Shown piece by piece: positions 1 to 13,108 of a DNA stretch of 64,000 nucleotides. Source of the stretch: Tubulanus polymorphus (Eukaryota; Animalia; Nemertea); NCBI RefSeq assembly GCF_964204645.1, contig NC_134030.1:16430110-16494109 (forward strand), given 5' to 3'. Below the pieces are notes generated by a model, which saw nothing but the letters and a program-made list of their open reading frames with translations, did not search any database and was not told where the DNA came from. The stretch's first letter is position 1. The number at the start of each line of letters is the position of its first letter. The position numbers were made by a program, and so were the translations under genes.

Positions 1-50
1 GGAAGCGGGGCTTCTTGGAATGATACATCATTCCAAGAAGCCCTGCTTCC
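1..50. repeat. Near-perfect hairpin (24-bp arms, 2-nt loop)
   Basis: GGAAGCGGGGCTTCTTGGAATGAT-AC-ATCATTCCAAGAAGCCCTGCTTCC, one G.T mismatch; may extend beyond the window start. Confidence 0.85.
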
Positions 51-177
51 ACCTCGTGGTTCTTTACTGGGCTCACAATAGATAAAGATCTTCAAGCCGC
101 TGATAAAACCCTGATTGGTGCATATTGGATTGAGAAGTTTGAAAATTAATTTTTTTTGTAGATTTATATTGAGGGTG

Positions 178-379
178 ATGAAAATGGCATTTCCAGCATC
201 ATTGATTAAGTCACTGGGATGGGATGATAATTTGACAGAAGTGGATACACTGTTACATGAATCGGCTCATGCTGGAGATTTAGAGGAAATCAAAGATATA
301 ATGAAATATGATGAAAACCGAAGACTAATCAACCAAAAAAATCGTCTTGGATGCTCTCCGCTGAGAATAGCTGCTGCAG
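178..379 (+). CDS. ASB1/ASB12-like ankyrin-repeat protein, first coding exon seen
   Basis: Encodes LLHESAHAGDLEEIKDIMKY...INQKNRLGCSPLRIAAA, resembling the N-terminal ankyrin repeats of ASB1/ASB12; ATG at 178 (or 184); phase-1 donor G|GTATTG at 379/380; possible upstream acceptor tttttttgtag ending at 161. Confidence 0.8.
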
Positions 380-1329
380 GTATTGATATTTTGGTTTATA
401 GGCCTAGGAACCTTTCAAATTGTGTGTATGTATGTAATCTCCGGGGGAAGAGGGTTAAAAATTGGCAACTATTACCTATGAAAATTGTGAAATCCTAGAA
501 ACTGATTTTACTTTGAACAGTCTCATACATAGCACCCTAACTTCCAGAAAATATAATGGTCAATTCCAGCGTGACTTATGAGACATTTGGTAAAATCTCT
601 ATCTGTTCAGTGCTTAATTCACACTTAATGCTATACATTTACTTTGTATCACTAATGCTAAAGTCTAAAAGACAGATAAGGCAAAAAATCAATTCAAAGT
701 TTTCTTAGCAGTCTAGCTTCACTCTGGTACAATAGATACTTAAAGTACAGCGTGACTGATGGGACCAACCCTGACCACCATTTTTGTGCCACTTTTGTTA
801 GCCCACTTGGGACTTTAGTCCCAGCAGGCTATTGCGTTCACTTTACTTGTGAGTTGTAAGGTACTATTTAAATAATACTTATGGGGTTTCATACCAACTA
901 GAGGGGTGCAACTCAAAGGTCGGTATGTTGAAAGGCGTCCTTATGGTATTTGTGAGTTGCGGGCGAATTTTCGCTCGCAGAACTTTTATGGATCATTTTT
1001 TGATCCGTTCTCTGACGGTTGTACATGGACACGGACAAATGATGGACATGAAGAGGTATGCACTAGCGCCCTCTGTTTTTTGTTGTCAGCCAATCGTTCA
1101 CATCTATGAAACCCGGCCCTGACGCATCTGTGGTGTCGAACAAGGAAACAGTAATGACAGTGGCTTCGATTGAAATGGAGGAACCAGACGCTCCAAACGC
1201 TAGGTTTGTTACGCTCTTCAGTATCAATATTTTGTGCCAGCTCTAATTCTGCAAATAAACCACTTCACTTGAATAACATATTTTCTGGCGATTTAGTCAA
1301 TCTGAGGCTGGCACTTCTAAAAAGAGCTA

Positions 1330-1974
1330 CCGTATTTTCCGGTGTACAAGTCGACCTGGTGTATAAGTCGAGGTCAAATTTTCAGTTTAAAAGGTTGTGC
1401 TAGGGCTATAGTCGGTGTATAAGTCGAGTTGCTTCTTCATGTGTTTACATATGTCACATTGAAAACAGTGCCGATGTCATTCTCATAGTAGTTGAGAGTC
1501 TTTACCACTAATTGCATTGGGATCTGTTGTTTCTAATATTAAATTACCGGATTGGTGCTCATTGTTTGTATCCACGTGTTGAATGTATAGTGTATACGTT
1601 GAATGCCGCGAGCCTGTAGTCTTATTATTAGACTGACCGTGTATTGATTATTGGCACGCTGCCACAGCATCGCGGCTTATATAAACACTATGATGAATAT
1701 ACGCGGTTTTCTTTCTCTTTTGATTTTTAACATTAGTTAATTTTGAAACATTTTCAAACTATAAGAAACTATTTTTATCAACATCCTAAATTCCAATTGG
1801 TATATGAGTGTAGCCTAACATAAATTAATATTCCATTTCATCATGGCGACCTTGAACTCTAAACATCGTCAGTTTAAAACGATATCGAAAGTGCAGCCGG
1901 TGTATAAGTGGACCTACGTTTTTTGGACATGATTTTTGGTCTCAAAAACTCGACTTATACACCAGAAAATACGG
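1330..1974. mobile_element. Non-autonomous pogo/Tc2-like MITE
   Basis: TIRs CCGTATTTTCCGGTGTACAAGTCGA / TCGACTTATACACCAGAAAATACGG; TA on both sides; internal GGTGTATAAGTCGA repeats. Confidence 0.85.
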
Positions 1975-2111
1975 TAAGAGTTCATCATTGTGCAACCCAC
2001 ATGATGAAGACGGACACAGGTTTATAGAATAGCTTTTTCTCCTCAATTTATGCTTACTGAAATCAGTTACATCATTATACACGTCGGATAAATAAATCCG
2101 TCGTTGGACAT

Positions 2112-2218
<107 letters not shown>

Positions 2219-3475
2219 TTCCTGTTTACTTTGCAAGGGGCTGTACCGTTGTGGTCTTAGACTCCTTGTTTTGTGCCGGGAAAGTCAGTGGGAGTCTTTG
2301 AATTTGAAAGGATCGCAGACAATGTCCTTGAAACCCATTAATTTTTACAGTTAAAAAATTATTGCTGAGTTATATGGCAGAGTGGTGTGCGTTGATTCCT
2401 AACTGCGGACGTTTTGCGTAGCAACAGTTTGTGTCTAGCCATATCACTGTATACTACACGAGGCTAGCGCGCTGGCAGATCACTAGTGTCTCACACTGCA
2501 CATGCTACAGTGACAGCATATGCTCATATTGCCGTGCGCGTTATGAATACGTGCGTCTTTCATACAGTAAAATAAGATTTTTGAATGAAATATACTTTAT
2601 CATAGATTTTCATTGAAGTTGTTGTTGTTCAGCCTGGCCCTAAATCCTCATCGACAAACGACGACAAACGATGACAAGGATGCACAGTACCAATACGCTC
2701 ATTTATTTACAACCAGAATAATGACAGAACGACTAAGCGAGTCAGTGAGGTTTGCTACAAAGGTAAAAAAATACAAATTTAGACAAATAACATTCAAAAA
2801 GGCCAAAATTTAGTTTTAAATTCAGCAAATCTAAATTGATAAAAGTACTTACAATAACTGTGCCGTACAAGGGGGAAGATAGAACCAGACTGACGCCTAG
2901 CCTAGATTTCACAGGTTTAAATACAGTGCTGGTCATTAGCGCGAAAAATGTTTAAGTATGCGTAACAAAATGATGAATCGCAGGATTTGACGCTTCAAAC
3001 ACAGTACTATCACACTACTGAGCGTTGAATACATAATAGAAATAGCTAAAGAAATACAATAAATCAACATATCTATATGAAATACACCAGTTTCCTGCAG
3101 TTGTAGTAAAAACTTTTTAAAAGTGATATACATTGGTCTGTCGATCTTTTTGAACTATAACCGCCCATATTTCACCCTAACGTTTAAGGTAAAACAAATC
3201 GATCTGACATATTTGCGTACCACTGTCTGAGGCTCCAGTCACACCTCAGTGCCCAATGCATTAGGTGAACAGATCTGCATTATTAAAAGAGTAGTAGAAT
3301 GAACAATGTAATATGTTTTCATAAAGATTATTAAAAAAACTAGACCTCGAGAGCACAGGACCTTTTGTCCTCTAGTTGGAATTGATTCCAATCTTTCTGC
3401 TTATTCTCTAGTTATAAACGATCTCTTTGAACTCTCGTCGAACCTGATGTTTGCTGCAGTAAAAAAATCTCAATG

Positions 3476-4680
3476 TTAGTTAACAACCGTAGCAACCACT
3501 GTTTTCAAAATAGCGCAATGTAAGTAATTATTTATTGATGTTTGATATATCGTCAGAGTATTGGAATCAGTATTCAAAGCTGTTTCTGGTACTTCATTCT
3601 TACGAATAATGACATTAGCTTTGACTGGAGAGGCATCGGTTATTACATTGAATCTCAATAAACTTTTGGCACCACACAAACTGGGGTGATGTCTACAGTT
3701 GCAGTTCTTAGAAGAATACCGAGAATTACATTTTGAAACCCTATGTCTACCCAAACAATTGAAACACAGTCTACTCATTCAAAAGATATCATAACTTACG
3801 TCAGGATCTTTGACACGTCTGCAATCGGTTTCTAAATGACCTTCGCCTTCATAGTAGAAACATTTGAGACATCTTGAAGATGGTGATTGAACTTGCTGAA
3901 CTCGTGGATGGTGGCCTCGTCCAATATAGTTGCAAGCAGACTACCGAGGTCTCATGCAACGCTGCCTTGTTTTTGCGCAAAATTCTGTTTCTTGATGGCT
4001 TGGAGTTTATTCAGAACGACCGGTTCATGGAGTCTCCCGTAACTCTTTGGATCTTTGCCTAAAGCCTGTGAACTACAAATTGTTAGTTCAAGTTTATTGT
4101 TAAATGCTCCGAGTGATTTATGATCAGCTGAAGGAGCTGGTAAAACAAAGAAGTTAAATAGGAATCTGCTATTTTATCTGGTTTATCAAAATGATCTTTC
4201 AGCAGATACTTTGCCTCATCGTAATTCTCAACTGTCAAGGCAAACCCATCGATGCAGGTTTTTGCTACAGAATCCTAAAGACATTTCAAATGGCTGAATT
4301 TTTCAATGTTAGACAAGTTTGGATTATTATCTACCGCAACTTCAAACACATCCCAGAAAGTTTTCCACTCAATTAAACTCCATGCAAATTTAATAGGCAG
4401 ATTATCTAGTGAATACGCCAGGGTATCTCATTTTGACATTTCGTTCTATAATCGTCCAAAACGCCAACTTAATCGTAAACCTTATTGGTAGCGCTGATGT
4501 GCTGTTCATCCAATTCAATAAGGAACTTTAATTTCGCTTTGAGAGTTTTTATGAAAGAAGTACCTCGTATTTTGTTTCCTGTCTTCAAACCTTCTTTGCA
4601 CTGGTTCTTTGTCTTTGTGAATAGGGAAGTTTCCAGTTTCTAGGCGCCATTTTGAGGCGGTCCCGCGGGTCCCGGCATTG
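3476..4680 (-). pseudogene. Degenerate BEL/Pao gag fragment
   Basis: Zinc knuckles CFNCLGRHRVSKC...NCNCRHHPSLC typical of BEL/Pao Gag; many stops; possible PBS/ATG region near 4650-4680. Confidence 0.7.
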
Positions 4681-5149
4681 TTGGAACGATTTTCACACTT
4701 TTTAGACTAAAACCTTTAGCACGATTCATTGTAGTCCATCCCCCTTTGCTTCAAAAATATAAGTCAAGTATTGTTAGAAGGGTGACAATTTCAATTTTCT
4801 GATGGTGTTTATTTTATTTTTCTCTATGTTGTCGATCAGCACCGAAATGAATTTATTGTGGACCTATAAAGATAATATGAAAAAGTAAATCAATATGTAG
4901 AAATATCTAGTAAAATGAAATGGTTAGTTCATTATCATTGGTTCACAAACATTTCTTTGGATTGTATCCAAAACATCCAGATTTGGTGCTTTATTTTATC
5001 TTCATCTCCATCTAACACGGCAGTGATATGCTCCCCGGCTGTGTGAATCTTGCTGTTTATAAATCAATGACCATATTGTTTCTTCATTACAATGAAATCT
5101 AAACCTTTTTCCTGCAATGAATAACGGCTTGTGGAAATAAGTAAATCAA

Positions 5150-5612
5150 TTTAATCCCCCTCAGCTTAATTAATCTGGTCACCTACTTGAAAACACATGG
5201 AGAGAATGCTCAGATGTGGTAGAACATCTTGCATCAGTTTCAAATTAGAAAGAAAATGCTATGTTTGTATGATATGCAGCAGACAAACAGCTTTCGGTTC
5301 ACCTCTCTCCGCTGCCTTGTGTTGAAGAGAAACAATTAACAGACGGACACATTTTGGCAACGTATCACATGCTTGGTCATGTGATAACCACCTGGTGGTT
5401 CTAGCATTTCTAACCTTAAGAATAGGATCTTGGTTCGTTTCCTGAAACATGTACTTGTATTGTCCTCAAGGATGCTGTTCGAACTGGGGATTCATCATAA
5501 AATTGAAATAATGTCTCCAGAGCTGTGTTGAACTTTTTGACATATTCAACCTTTGAGGCTGCTCTACTGACAGCTAAGGCTAACTTGTGGGCTACTCAGT
5601 GGTTTAACAGTT
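5150..5612 (-). pseudogene. hAT (ZNF862-like) transposase fragment
   Basis: H*VAHKLALA (CxxH motif region) and TRWLSHDQAC (TRW motif). Confidence 0.7.
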
Positions 5613-5624
5613 ACCCCTTACCCC

Positions 5625-7860
5625 TGTAGTGGTTACACTTGTGCTGTTTTCCCTTAGGTTAGGTCCTCAACAAGACTACAGACACGAACTCTGGTATAGA
5701 CTTGATATGTAAATGATTTTATTTGCAGTTTGGCTACTTATAGTACGTACAGTCATGCTCATTGAACTATGTTACAGAAAATCAGTCAACTACGCAAAGC
5801 AGTTACAACTGTGTATAATACATGAACATATGATACATAAATCATAATACATAAATCCTCAACATTCTCCGGGCCGAAAAATGAAAATTTCGAAAAATAT
5901 AAACATAAATAATATACGCGATTTCACAAAAACTTCGTACTTTCACAAATTAATCACACGTATCTTTGCACAAATTATAATACGCATCCTCCGGGGCGCA
6001 AAATGTCAATCGTCTTGTTGGAGAATATTCCTGATTCTCATGGACGCTTCCTCGGCGGCAAGACGACGCGGACGATTGATCTCTGGACGAAAAGCATCTA
6101 TATTTCCTGGTACGGAAGATACGAAGTCCGGCGTACACGTTATTTCGAGCGGTATAAGTTTAACGATTGGTCTGTTGGTCCTACCGACAGCAGTCTTCAC
6201 CGTAGCTGATCGCGGAAGGTTATCTTTCCCGGTATGTATTTCCATAACAACGCCGAGTTTCCATTTTATTCGCGGCGATTCATCGTATATGTGAACTACA
6301 TCTCCGACCCGGATTTTATCATTGTATTTACCTGACACGGATTTATACTTTTCTCTGAGCGAAAGTTAATATTCAGAATGCTACCTTCTCCACAGCTGTT
6401 GGAAAATAAAACTCATTTTTCGTAATCTATTGGAAACGTTTTGTTGCGTTAAGATAAATTCGGGATCTTTTGATCCAGTCTCATCAATCTCAACATGTGG
6501 CAAATTTCGTATCCTGTGTCCTGTTAGGAAATGTGCAGGGGTGATAGGGTCGGGATCAGTAATGTTGGATGACACGCATGTCAATGGACGGTCATTTACG
6601 ACACTCTCTATTTCAGTGACGATTGTTATCAACTCAGTACTATTGACACGAGACCGGCCGAGTACTTTTTTCAAGCATGTTTTGACGATACCAACGAGCC
6701 TCTCCCAGTATCCGCCCATCCAAGGGGCTCGTTTTGGAATAAACGACCACTCCACATTTTCATTGCAGAGTTTATGTGTTAAGCTAGGTGAGGTCAGTAG
6801 ATTCTTTATTTCCTGTGATGCGGAGCAGAAAGTTGATGCATTATCCTACATCATTTTCTGAGGTGTGCCTCGACGATTTGCAAAACGGCGGAAAGTATGC
6901 ATGAAAGTTTCAACAGATAAATTGGACACGCACTCCAAGTGTAGAGCCCTTGTGTCAGCACAAGTAAATAGGCATATGTACATCAGGTTGATCAGTGACC
7001 AGGATTTCCCCTGTGAAATCCACACCGCAGATAGCGTGCTCCAGAGACTCGCAGTGAAGGTAAAGGGGGGCTTTGAGGTGCCATGTAAGATTTTCCGATC
7101 ACTTTTTTGCATGTAACACATGAACGAATGACAGATTTGACAACTTGTCGTACTCTAGGAATCCAGTATTTTTTTCGAACTACCGTCACAGTTTGATTGA
7201 CTCCCTGATGGAATGACCGATTATGACTATCCCAAACGACTAACTTCGTGTATGGATCGTTTGGCGGCAATAGAATTGGAAATCGCGTCTCAGATGGAAT
7301 ATGAGCATTATGAATACGACCTGCAGATCGGAGTATGCCGTCTTTCAAAAACAAACGCAATTGATTGATGATTGGATACTGCCTAGAAGGTAGGTTTTCA
7401 CTGAGGCATTTTTATTTCATGGTTGTAGTGAGTATTCTGAACTGATTTTACAAGGAATAACTCAGATGCATGTAATTCCGATATTGTTAATTCGTCTGTG
7501 TTTCTATGACTAATCTTTGACTTCAGACAATTGATATAACGAAAAACATACGCAGTCGTGCGTAGCAATGTGCGAAGTGAAGAAAAATGAGAAATATCAA
7601 TAATAGGCTCGAGGTAGACAAATGTATCTCTGCTCAACAAAGATATCTCCGTATCATCAGAAACGGTTTCCTTTACTCCTGGATTTGAGGGCCATCTATC
7701 AATAATGGTAAGCCAGCTGGGCCCTTTTAACCATAGTTGGCTTTCATTCAAAGATTGACTGTTAAAGCCCCTACTGAGAATGTCAGCCGGGTTATCTTGA
7801 GATGGAACGTATTTCCATGGATTTGTACCGACCAACTCTTTGATGACTTTGAACAAAAAA
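5625..7860 (-). mobile_element. BEL/Pao LTR retrotransposon 3' half (RNase H end, integrase, probable 3' LTR), frameshifted
   Basis: WKYVPSQDNPADILSRG, H..HQGV...YWIPR...CVTC, FTCADTRALHLE, PKRAPWMGGYWERLV, RPIVKLIPLE; purine tract followed by TG near 5986 or 5864, so LTR limits are uncertain. Confidence 0.85.
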
Positions 7861-8149
7861 CAAACTTTAAATGGGATATAGGTCAGGCTGTCGACTACAG
7901 TCGCCTATGGCCGTTTCCCAGTGTGGCGACTGCAGTCGCCTACGGCAAGTTAAGGGTTAAACTAACTTGTGTTGCATGATGAATTCGCCACATATCGTAA
8001 GAGTTAATAAACAAGTCAACCGTACCAGGCAGATTTTGGGAGGCAATGGGGAGATATCGAATGTACCAGTACATGTTTGGCAGGCAATGAGTTAATTTTA
8101 ATTTTATGATCGAAATGTAGGTTGATAACAGTACTATGCCTGTAGGCTA

Positions 8150-8850
8150 CTAACTAATTTCAATCGTGCTGCAATCTTTTGCCAAACACCAATCATTGAA
8201 CTACTACCATCACTACCAAATGCTGCAAGCTTGTTTCAGATATCCAACCCATTTTCGTGACTTTGAGGATCTTTTCCGTCAGGTGTTCGCCAGTCATACA
8301 TGGAATAGTCGTAGAGATTTTATAATGGACTCCTGTGGAGTGCGTAAACAATTTCTACAAGATAAGCCATACCGATACCTCTTCTAGTCCAAGAAAGGTG
8401 ACGTCTGACAATCCATCCGGTCAGATAAATTTTCCATAGAGTATCAACTGTTCATGCACGGATATATTGGCGGTTTTATTGCAGAGTATTGCAATACACG
8501 GGGATGATTTTATCTAGGCCAGCATCCTTTAATATTTTACCTTAAACGGATGAATCATTTATATAGTTGCCATTGCCCAGTCCTTGCAAATAATATGTGC
8601 GGGAATAGGCCTATTATTGTTATATTCAACAATGCATAAAACAATCTCTTGCATAGTCTGTTCTGATTTGTATGATGTCTTGGAATTGACATTTAGCGAA
8701 TTAAGATAGTAGCATCCGATATCTTTTGCGAGGCTGAGTAGTGGCTGAAAGTTGGTGGTGAGGGGAATCTTATGTTTCATAAGCCAATACATCAATTTCA
8801 CAGCTGCACGGAATGCATTTTCTTCGACTCTGACAGCCCTAGACAACGAC
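8150..8850 (-). pseudogene. hAT (ZNF862-like) transposase N-terminal/core fragment
   Basis: MYWLMKHKIPLTTNFQPLL...Y.SEQTMQEIVLCI; same strand as, and upstream of, the 5150-5612 fragment. Confidence 0.65.
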
Positions 8851-9252
8851 TAAACGATACCACTATCCTTTTTTTGATGCCGCGGTAGCTGATTCTATAT
8901 CAGTCGAAATTTGATGAAAATTAAGACAACAGATGTATTGATATCGTGCCTGGTCCTAGAAACAAGTTTTGGGCTCCTGGGGTCACAATGATGGTCAAAA
9001 TCTCATAGCAAAGAAAGGTAAAAAAAATCCAAATTTGCATAAATTTTTTTCTTTTCAGTCATTATCTGTTTTCAAGTCTCCTCCTTCACTGATTATCCTC
9101 TCCTGAGCTGAAATAAATAATTTCTGGTGGTGTTGATGAATATTGGGGGTGTTTGTGACCCCCAAAAAAATCAGACTTGTTATTTTCAATTCCTGTAATT
9201 ATTTTGTGTGTGGTACTTGTGGAAACAGTCAACATGATGGAGAGCCGGATGA

Positions 9253-10644
9253 TCAGAACAGGTGCCGCAGTAGAATTTTGTCTGTTTTGCGGGCTCCGGT
9301 CGCATAACTCGAGCACACTTTACACGATTTCGACGATTTGACTGTACACATCAATCGATGGTACTTTCCGTTGAGCCTCTCGAGAGGGGGGCCATCAGAC
9401 GGCCGGCCTTTTGATGGTAATTCGGTATTATCTGCAGTCGGAACGAGACGCTCGACCAGACTTTCGTGAAACTTGAGCATATTAGTCGGCTTTTCCTCGT
9501 TGTTGAGCTTCCATAATATATATGCATTCGTGACACATGATTCGACGAGCCAAAAGAAGACCTTTTTCCACAATTTTACCGTTTTGCGAGAACTTTCATA
9601 GTACTTCTTGTACTGGTCATACAGATCAACATAAGGTTGATAACGCTTGGCTTTCAAACCGGTTCCCTGCGGCCGCGCATGACGACTTCAACGTGTTCAT
9701 TCCCTTTGCTATATGTGCAGATTACTGATACAATACGTGCCAGTTCAGCGCTAACGCATTTCCCTTTCGGTATGCTACGATCTCTCCACGTGGTAAGTTG
9801 CGCGAATTCTTGATAGGTAAAGGAAGCCCCCACCAATTTACCATGATCGTGCCGGTGTGATGTCATTTGCAGTCGGACAGTTTCTCCGCCAGATCAAGGC
9901 TACTGTATAGGCGGTCACAGTATATGTGGTGACCACATCTGTAATACGGTAGGACGATATCTAGGACGATTTGCAATGATTTCGTAAGACCTGGTTCGAT
10001 GACCATTTCGTTGTCTCGCCCGCAATACAAGATCGCATTGAGAAGGTACCCTGTATGGGGACATGCTAGAGTGTGGGCTAGCAGACCCCATTTAGTTGGT
10101 TTTTTAGGACAATACTGCTTGAAGGCGATACGACCCTTGAATCCAATCAAGGACTCATCCATCGATAGTTCCTGAAATGGTGTGTAATGCTCTTGGAATT
10201 TTTCGCCCAACTTATTCAACAGCGGCGTTATCTTGTGTCCGCATTCGCGAATTGCATCCTCCGGACTTGAATGACAAACATGCAACATCATATGGTACAT
10301 TATCAAAAAACGATCTCTCGGCATGGTGTCACGAAAAAATTGAACTGAATGAAACCATTTCAGGCTCCAGTACATTTGGACAGTGGGAAGAGGAACAATT
10401 CCCATTTGTAGTAAGATTCCCAGGAACCTGAGGAATTCGCTAGCATCAGTATCGTACCACTTCTTCAAACGCGAACGCCGTTTCAATTTACCAAAAACTA
10501 ATTTTTCGTTTGCGTAATGATTGATTTCATCGACGATCTCTTGTACGATTTCCTCGTTGAAAAATAGACGAAAATATTCCAGCAGATCATCACCGTTGAC
10601 GATATCTTCCATATTTGTAGGACCGGCCGGGCCCGGCAGCTTAA
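9253..10644 (-). pseudogene. piggyBac (PGBD4-like) transposase core and C-terminus, frameshifted
   Basis: LSMDESLIGFKGR, YCPKKPTKWG, HIYCDRLYSS, VDLYDQ, KLWKKVFFWL, NAYILW, C-terminal CKVC; continues in frame with the 22446+ segment once the 10645-22441 insert is removed. Confidence 0.9.
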
Positions 10645-10675
10645 CCCTTACAATACCACTACTGTATGGCATACG

Positions 10676-11654
10676 TATGGTGGCTGATAAGGGCCATGCG
10701 TAAAAAAAACAGGAATATGCAAATGAGGGCGACATTACGACAAAACTTAAACAACACGACAAAACAATAATTTTGATTTTTTTCGCCCGCGACAATTCAA
10801 TATTTTGGTTTTGTCGCCCACGACAAATCATTATTTAGGTTTTGTCGCCCGCGACAATTCATTTTTTTGGTTTAGTCGCCCACTTTATTAGCTTTTGAAT
10901 AATTAGGCCAATTAATAACGTAATAAAGACTTATGTACGGAAGCGATAAAGGGCCTCGAGTTGTTGCGTTCAAGCTCGACAAGTCGCCATATTTATGTCG
11001 ATATATGGCGATATATCGCGTCAAGTCGACATGAATATGTCGACATATCGTGACGTTTTGATGACATATTTCGTTTCACGACCATTTTCCTCGCGACAAG
11101 TCGACATATTCATGACGACTTGAAACTCAGTCGTCATATCACTGGCGTCCTCGTGAAAAATGCCCCGTGGAAAATGGTGAAAAAGCAAAATTTGTCGTGA
11201 AAACGTCACTAAATGGTGACATATTCATGTCCACTTGACGCGATATATCGCGACATGTCGACATAAATATGGCGACTTGTCGAGTTGGAACGTGACATCT
11301 CGAGGCCCCTTATCGCTTCCGTACATATGGAATGTTGGGGTTCAAGTATAATGACCCCAAATGCTGGGGCACAATAATAGTGTTCCGTACATGGTCGATG
11401 TACTAAATAGGTCATTCGCATCAATACTTTGTCACGATTGATTTGCGGCATGCGACATAACCAAAATAATGAATTGTCGTGGGCGACAAAACCAAAATAT
11501 TGAATTGTCGCGCGCAACAAAACCAAAATATTGAATTGTCCCGTGCGACCAAACCAAAATTATTGTTTTGTCGTGTTATTTTAGTTTTGTCGTAATGTCG
11601 CCCTCATTTGCATATTCGTGTTTTTTTAAAGCATGGCCCTTATCAGCCACCATA
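10676..11654. mobile_element. IS3EU-like non-autonomous element (TATGG...CCATA) with nested related elements
   Basis: Long TIRs starting TATGGTGGCTGATAAGGGCCATGC; 6-bp TSD CATACG at 10670-10675 and 11655-11660; nested TACGG...CCGTA foldback at 10936-11323 and a small TATGG...CCGTA unit at 11326-11389. Confidence 0.8.
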
Positions 11655-11815
11655 CATACGGTACAAATTGGCAAGCTAGCATACCAGTACCGTATGTGAT
11701 ACGGTATCGCTTGACCCTTCTGCTAGAAGGGCATATCTATCAGTATCAGCCGGTGCTGCCATCTGCATGAAAATTTGGCTGGTTGAAACGGTTCAGTAGC
11801 TCGTTTCTGATGCTG

Positions 11816-12616
11816 TATTATACGGAACTTTGTTGAAAGTTGATACTGAAGAAGATATAAGATTGCTATTGTATTTGTTTATAATGATTTATTCCTCTTC
11901 GATCGGTGGCACTGTAGAGACTGATGAAATTATTATAATACAAGCAAGATAAATATAAATACAGATTGTTACATTGAATTGAACTATTATTCAGTTTAAG
12001 CGTATAATCTAAGTAATCGTAATATAGTACTAATAATAATAATAATAGTCGATGCAATATTTGTGGCAGCTATAACTTTAACTCGATTGATTGATAAATA
12101 TAAGTTTACAAAATATTATTTAACTCACCTGAAGAAGATATAAGATTGCTATTGTATTTGTTTATAATGATTTATTCCTCTTCGATCGGTGGCACTGTAG
12201 AGACTGATGAAATTATTCTAGATCAGGACTCTCTCAGTTTGGCCCTGCCCACGGGTAATTAGATTTCTAGCGCTCTGATTGGTTGTTTCAATCGAAACTA
12301 CTCAAGTTGCTAGGCAGATGAGTTGGGGCAAACTGTCATCAACAATTAACATGCTAGCTAATTGGTTATTGTCTAATAGTTCCTCATGGGTAACTTTTTG
12401 AAATAGTGTGGTGCCAACAAGTCTGAGCTGGGGAAACAAAGATAATTCAGCCATCTTGTAATAAAATGTTTATAATATATATAATTTAGTTAAGATTTGA
12501 ATCTAAAGTTATTTTGGTTCGAGTAAATGTAAAGCTTAGATTAGGCTGATGAAAATGATATGCAATATATATATGTTTGTACTATAAGAATTATTTAGGC
12601 GCAAGTTGCTATAATA
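11816..12616 (-). repeat. 3' LTR (801 bp)
   Basis: Direct repeat of 20889-21691; termini TATTATA...TATAATA; internal 89-bp duplication at 11846-11934 and 12129-12217; preceded on the minus strand by PPT GCAAAGGGG (12619-12627). Confidence 0.95.
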
Positions 12617-13108
12617 TACCCCTTTGCTGCCACAAATTTGCACCGCAAATTTTAAAATAAAGACGTAGATACAAATCCACGCACAGGTAAATAAAGTGTT
12701 TCATAGCGAGATAAATAAGATGCATCATACGACATTACGTTAAGCGATATTGAGTAAAGAATTACAATTAAAAAAGCTATGTCTTGAAGCTAAATACATA
12801 ATAAGCATTGTACAAATTAAGTTAAGTAACACATTGTTTATAAGCCAAATACATGAAGTGATAAATACACTAGAAAAATGGAGAAGTTAGCATTTGAAAG
12901 CTAGATACATGATAAGCGTCGTACAATATGAAGTAACGTCGACCATATTAATATTAAAAGTAAAAAAATGTAACATATTGTTCAGAAGCTGAATACAGTA
13001 AATGATAAATGCAATAGAAAAAATCGAGAAGTCATGTTTTCCATACGCTTTGGGAAAAATTGGGCTTCGGTGATAACGTGATAATATGCGATGCCGAGTA
13101 ATAGTGCG

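Noticed and set aside
10645-10831. Hydrophobic N-terminus of the 322-aa piggyBac ORF
   Set aside because: Chance read-through into inserted elements; the real N-terminus lies at 22446-22754
10780-10890. Regularly spaced short repeats resembling a CRISPR array (also 11470-11560 and 59550-59890)
   Set aside because: Eukaryotic context, no unique spacers or cas genes; these are subterminal MITE repeats
11921-11935. CTGATGA in the LTR repeat as a hammerhead or C/D box
   Set aside because: No stem II plus GAAA core follows
11866-12057. Identical 63-aa ORF in both LTRs (also 20939-21130)
   Set aside because: Non-ATG start and low-complexity AT-rich sequence; identity simply reflects LTR duplication
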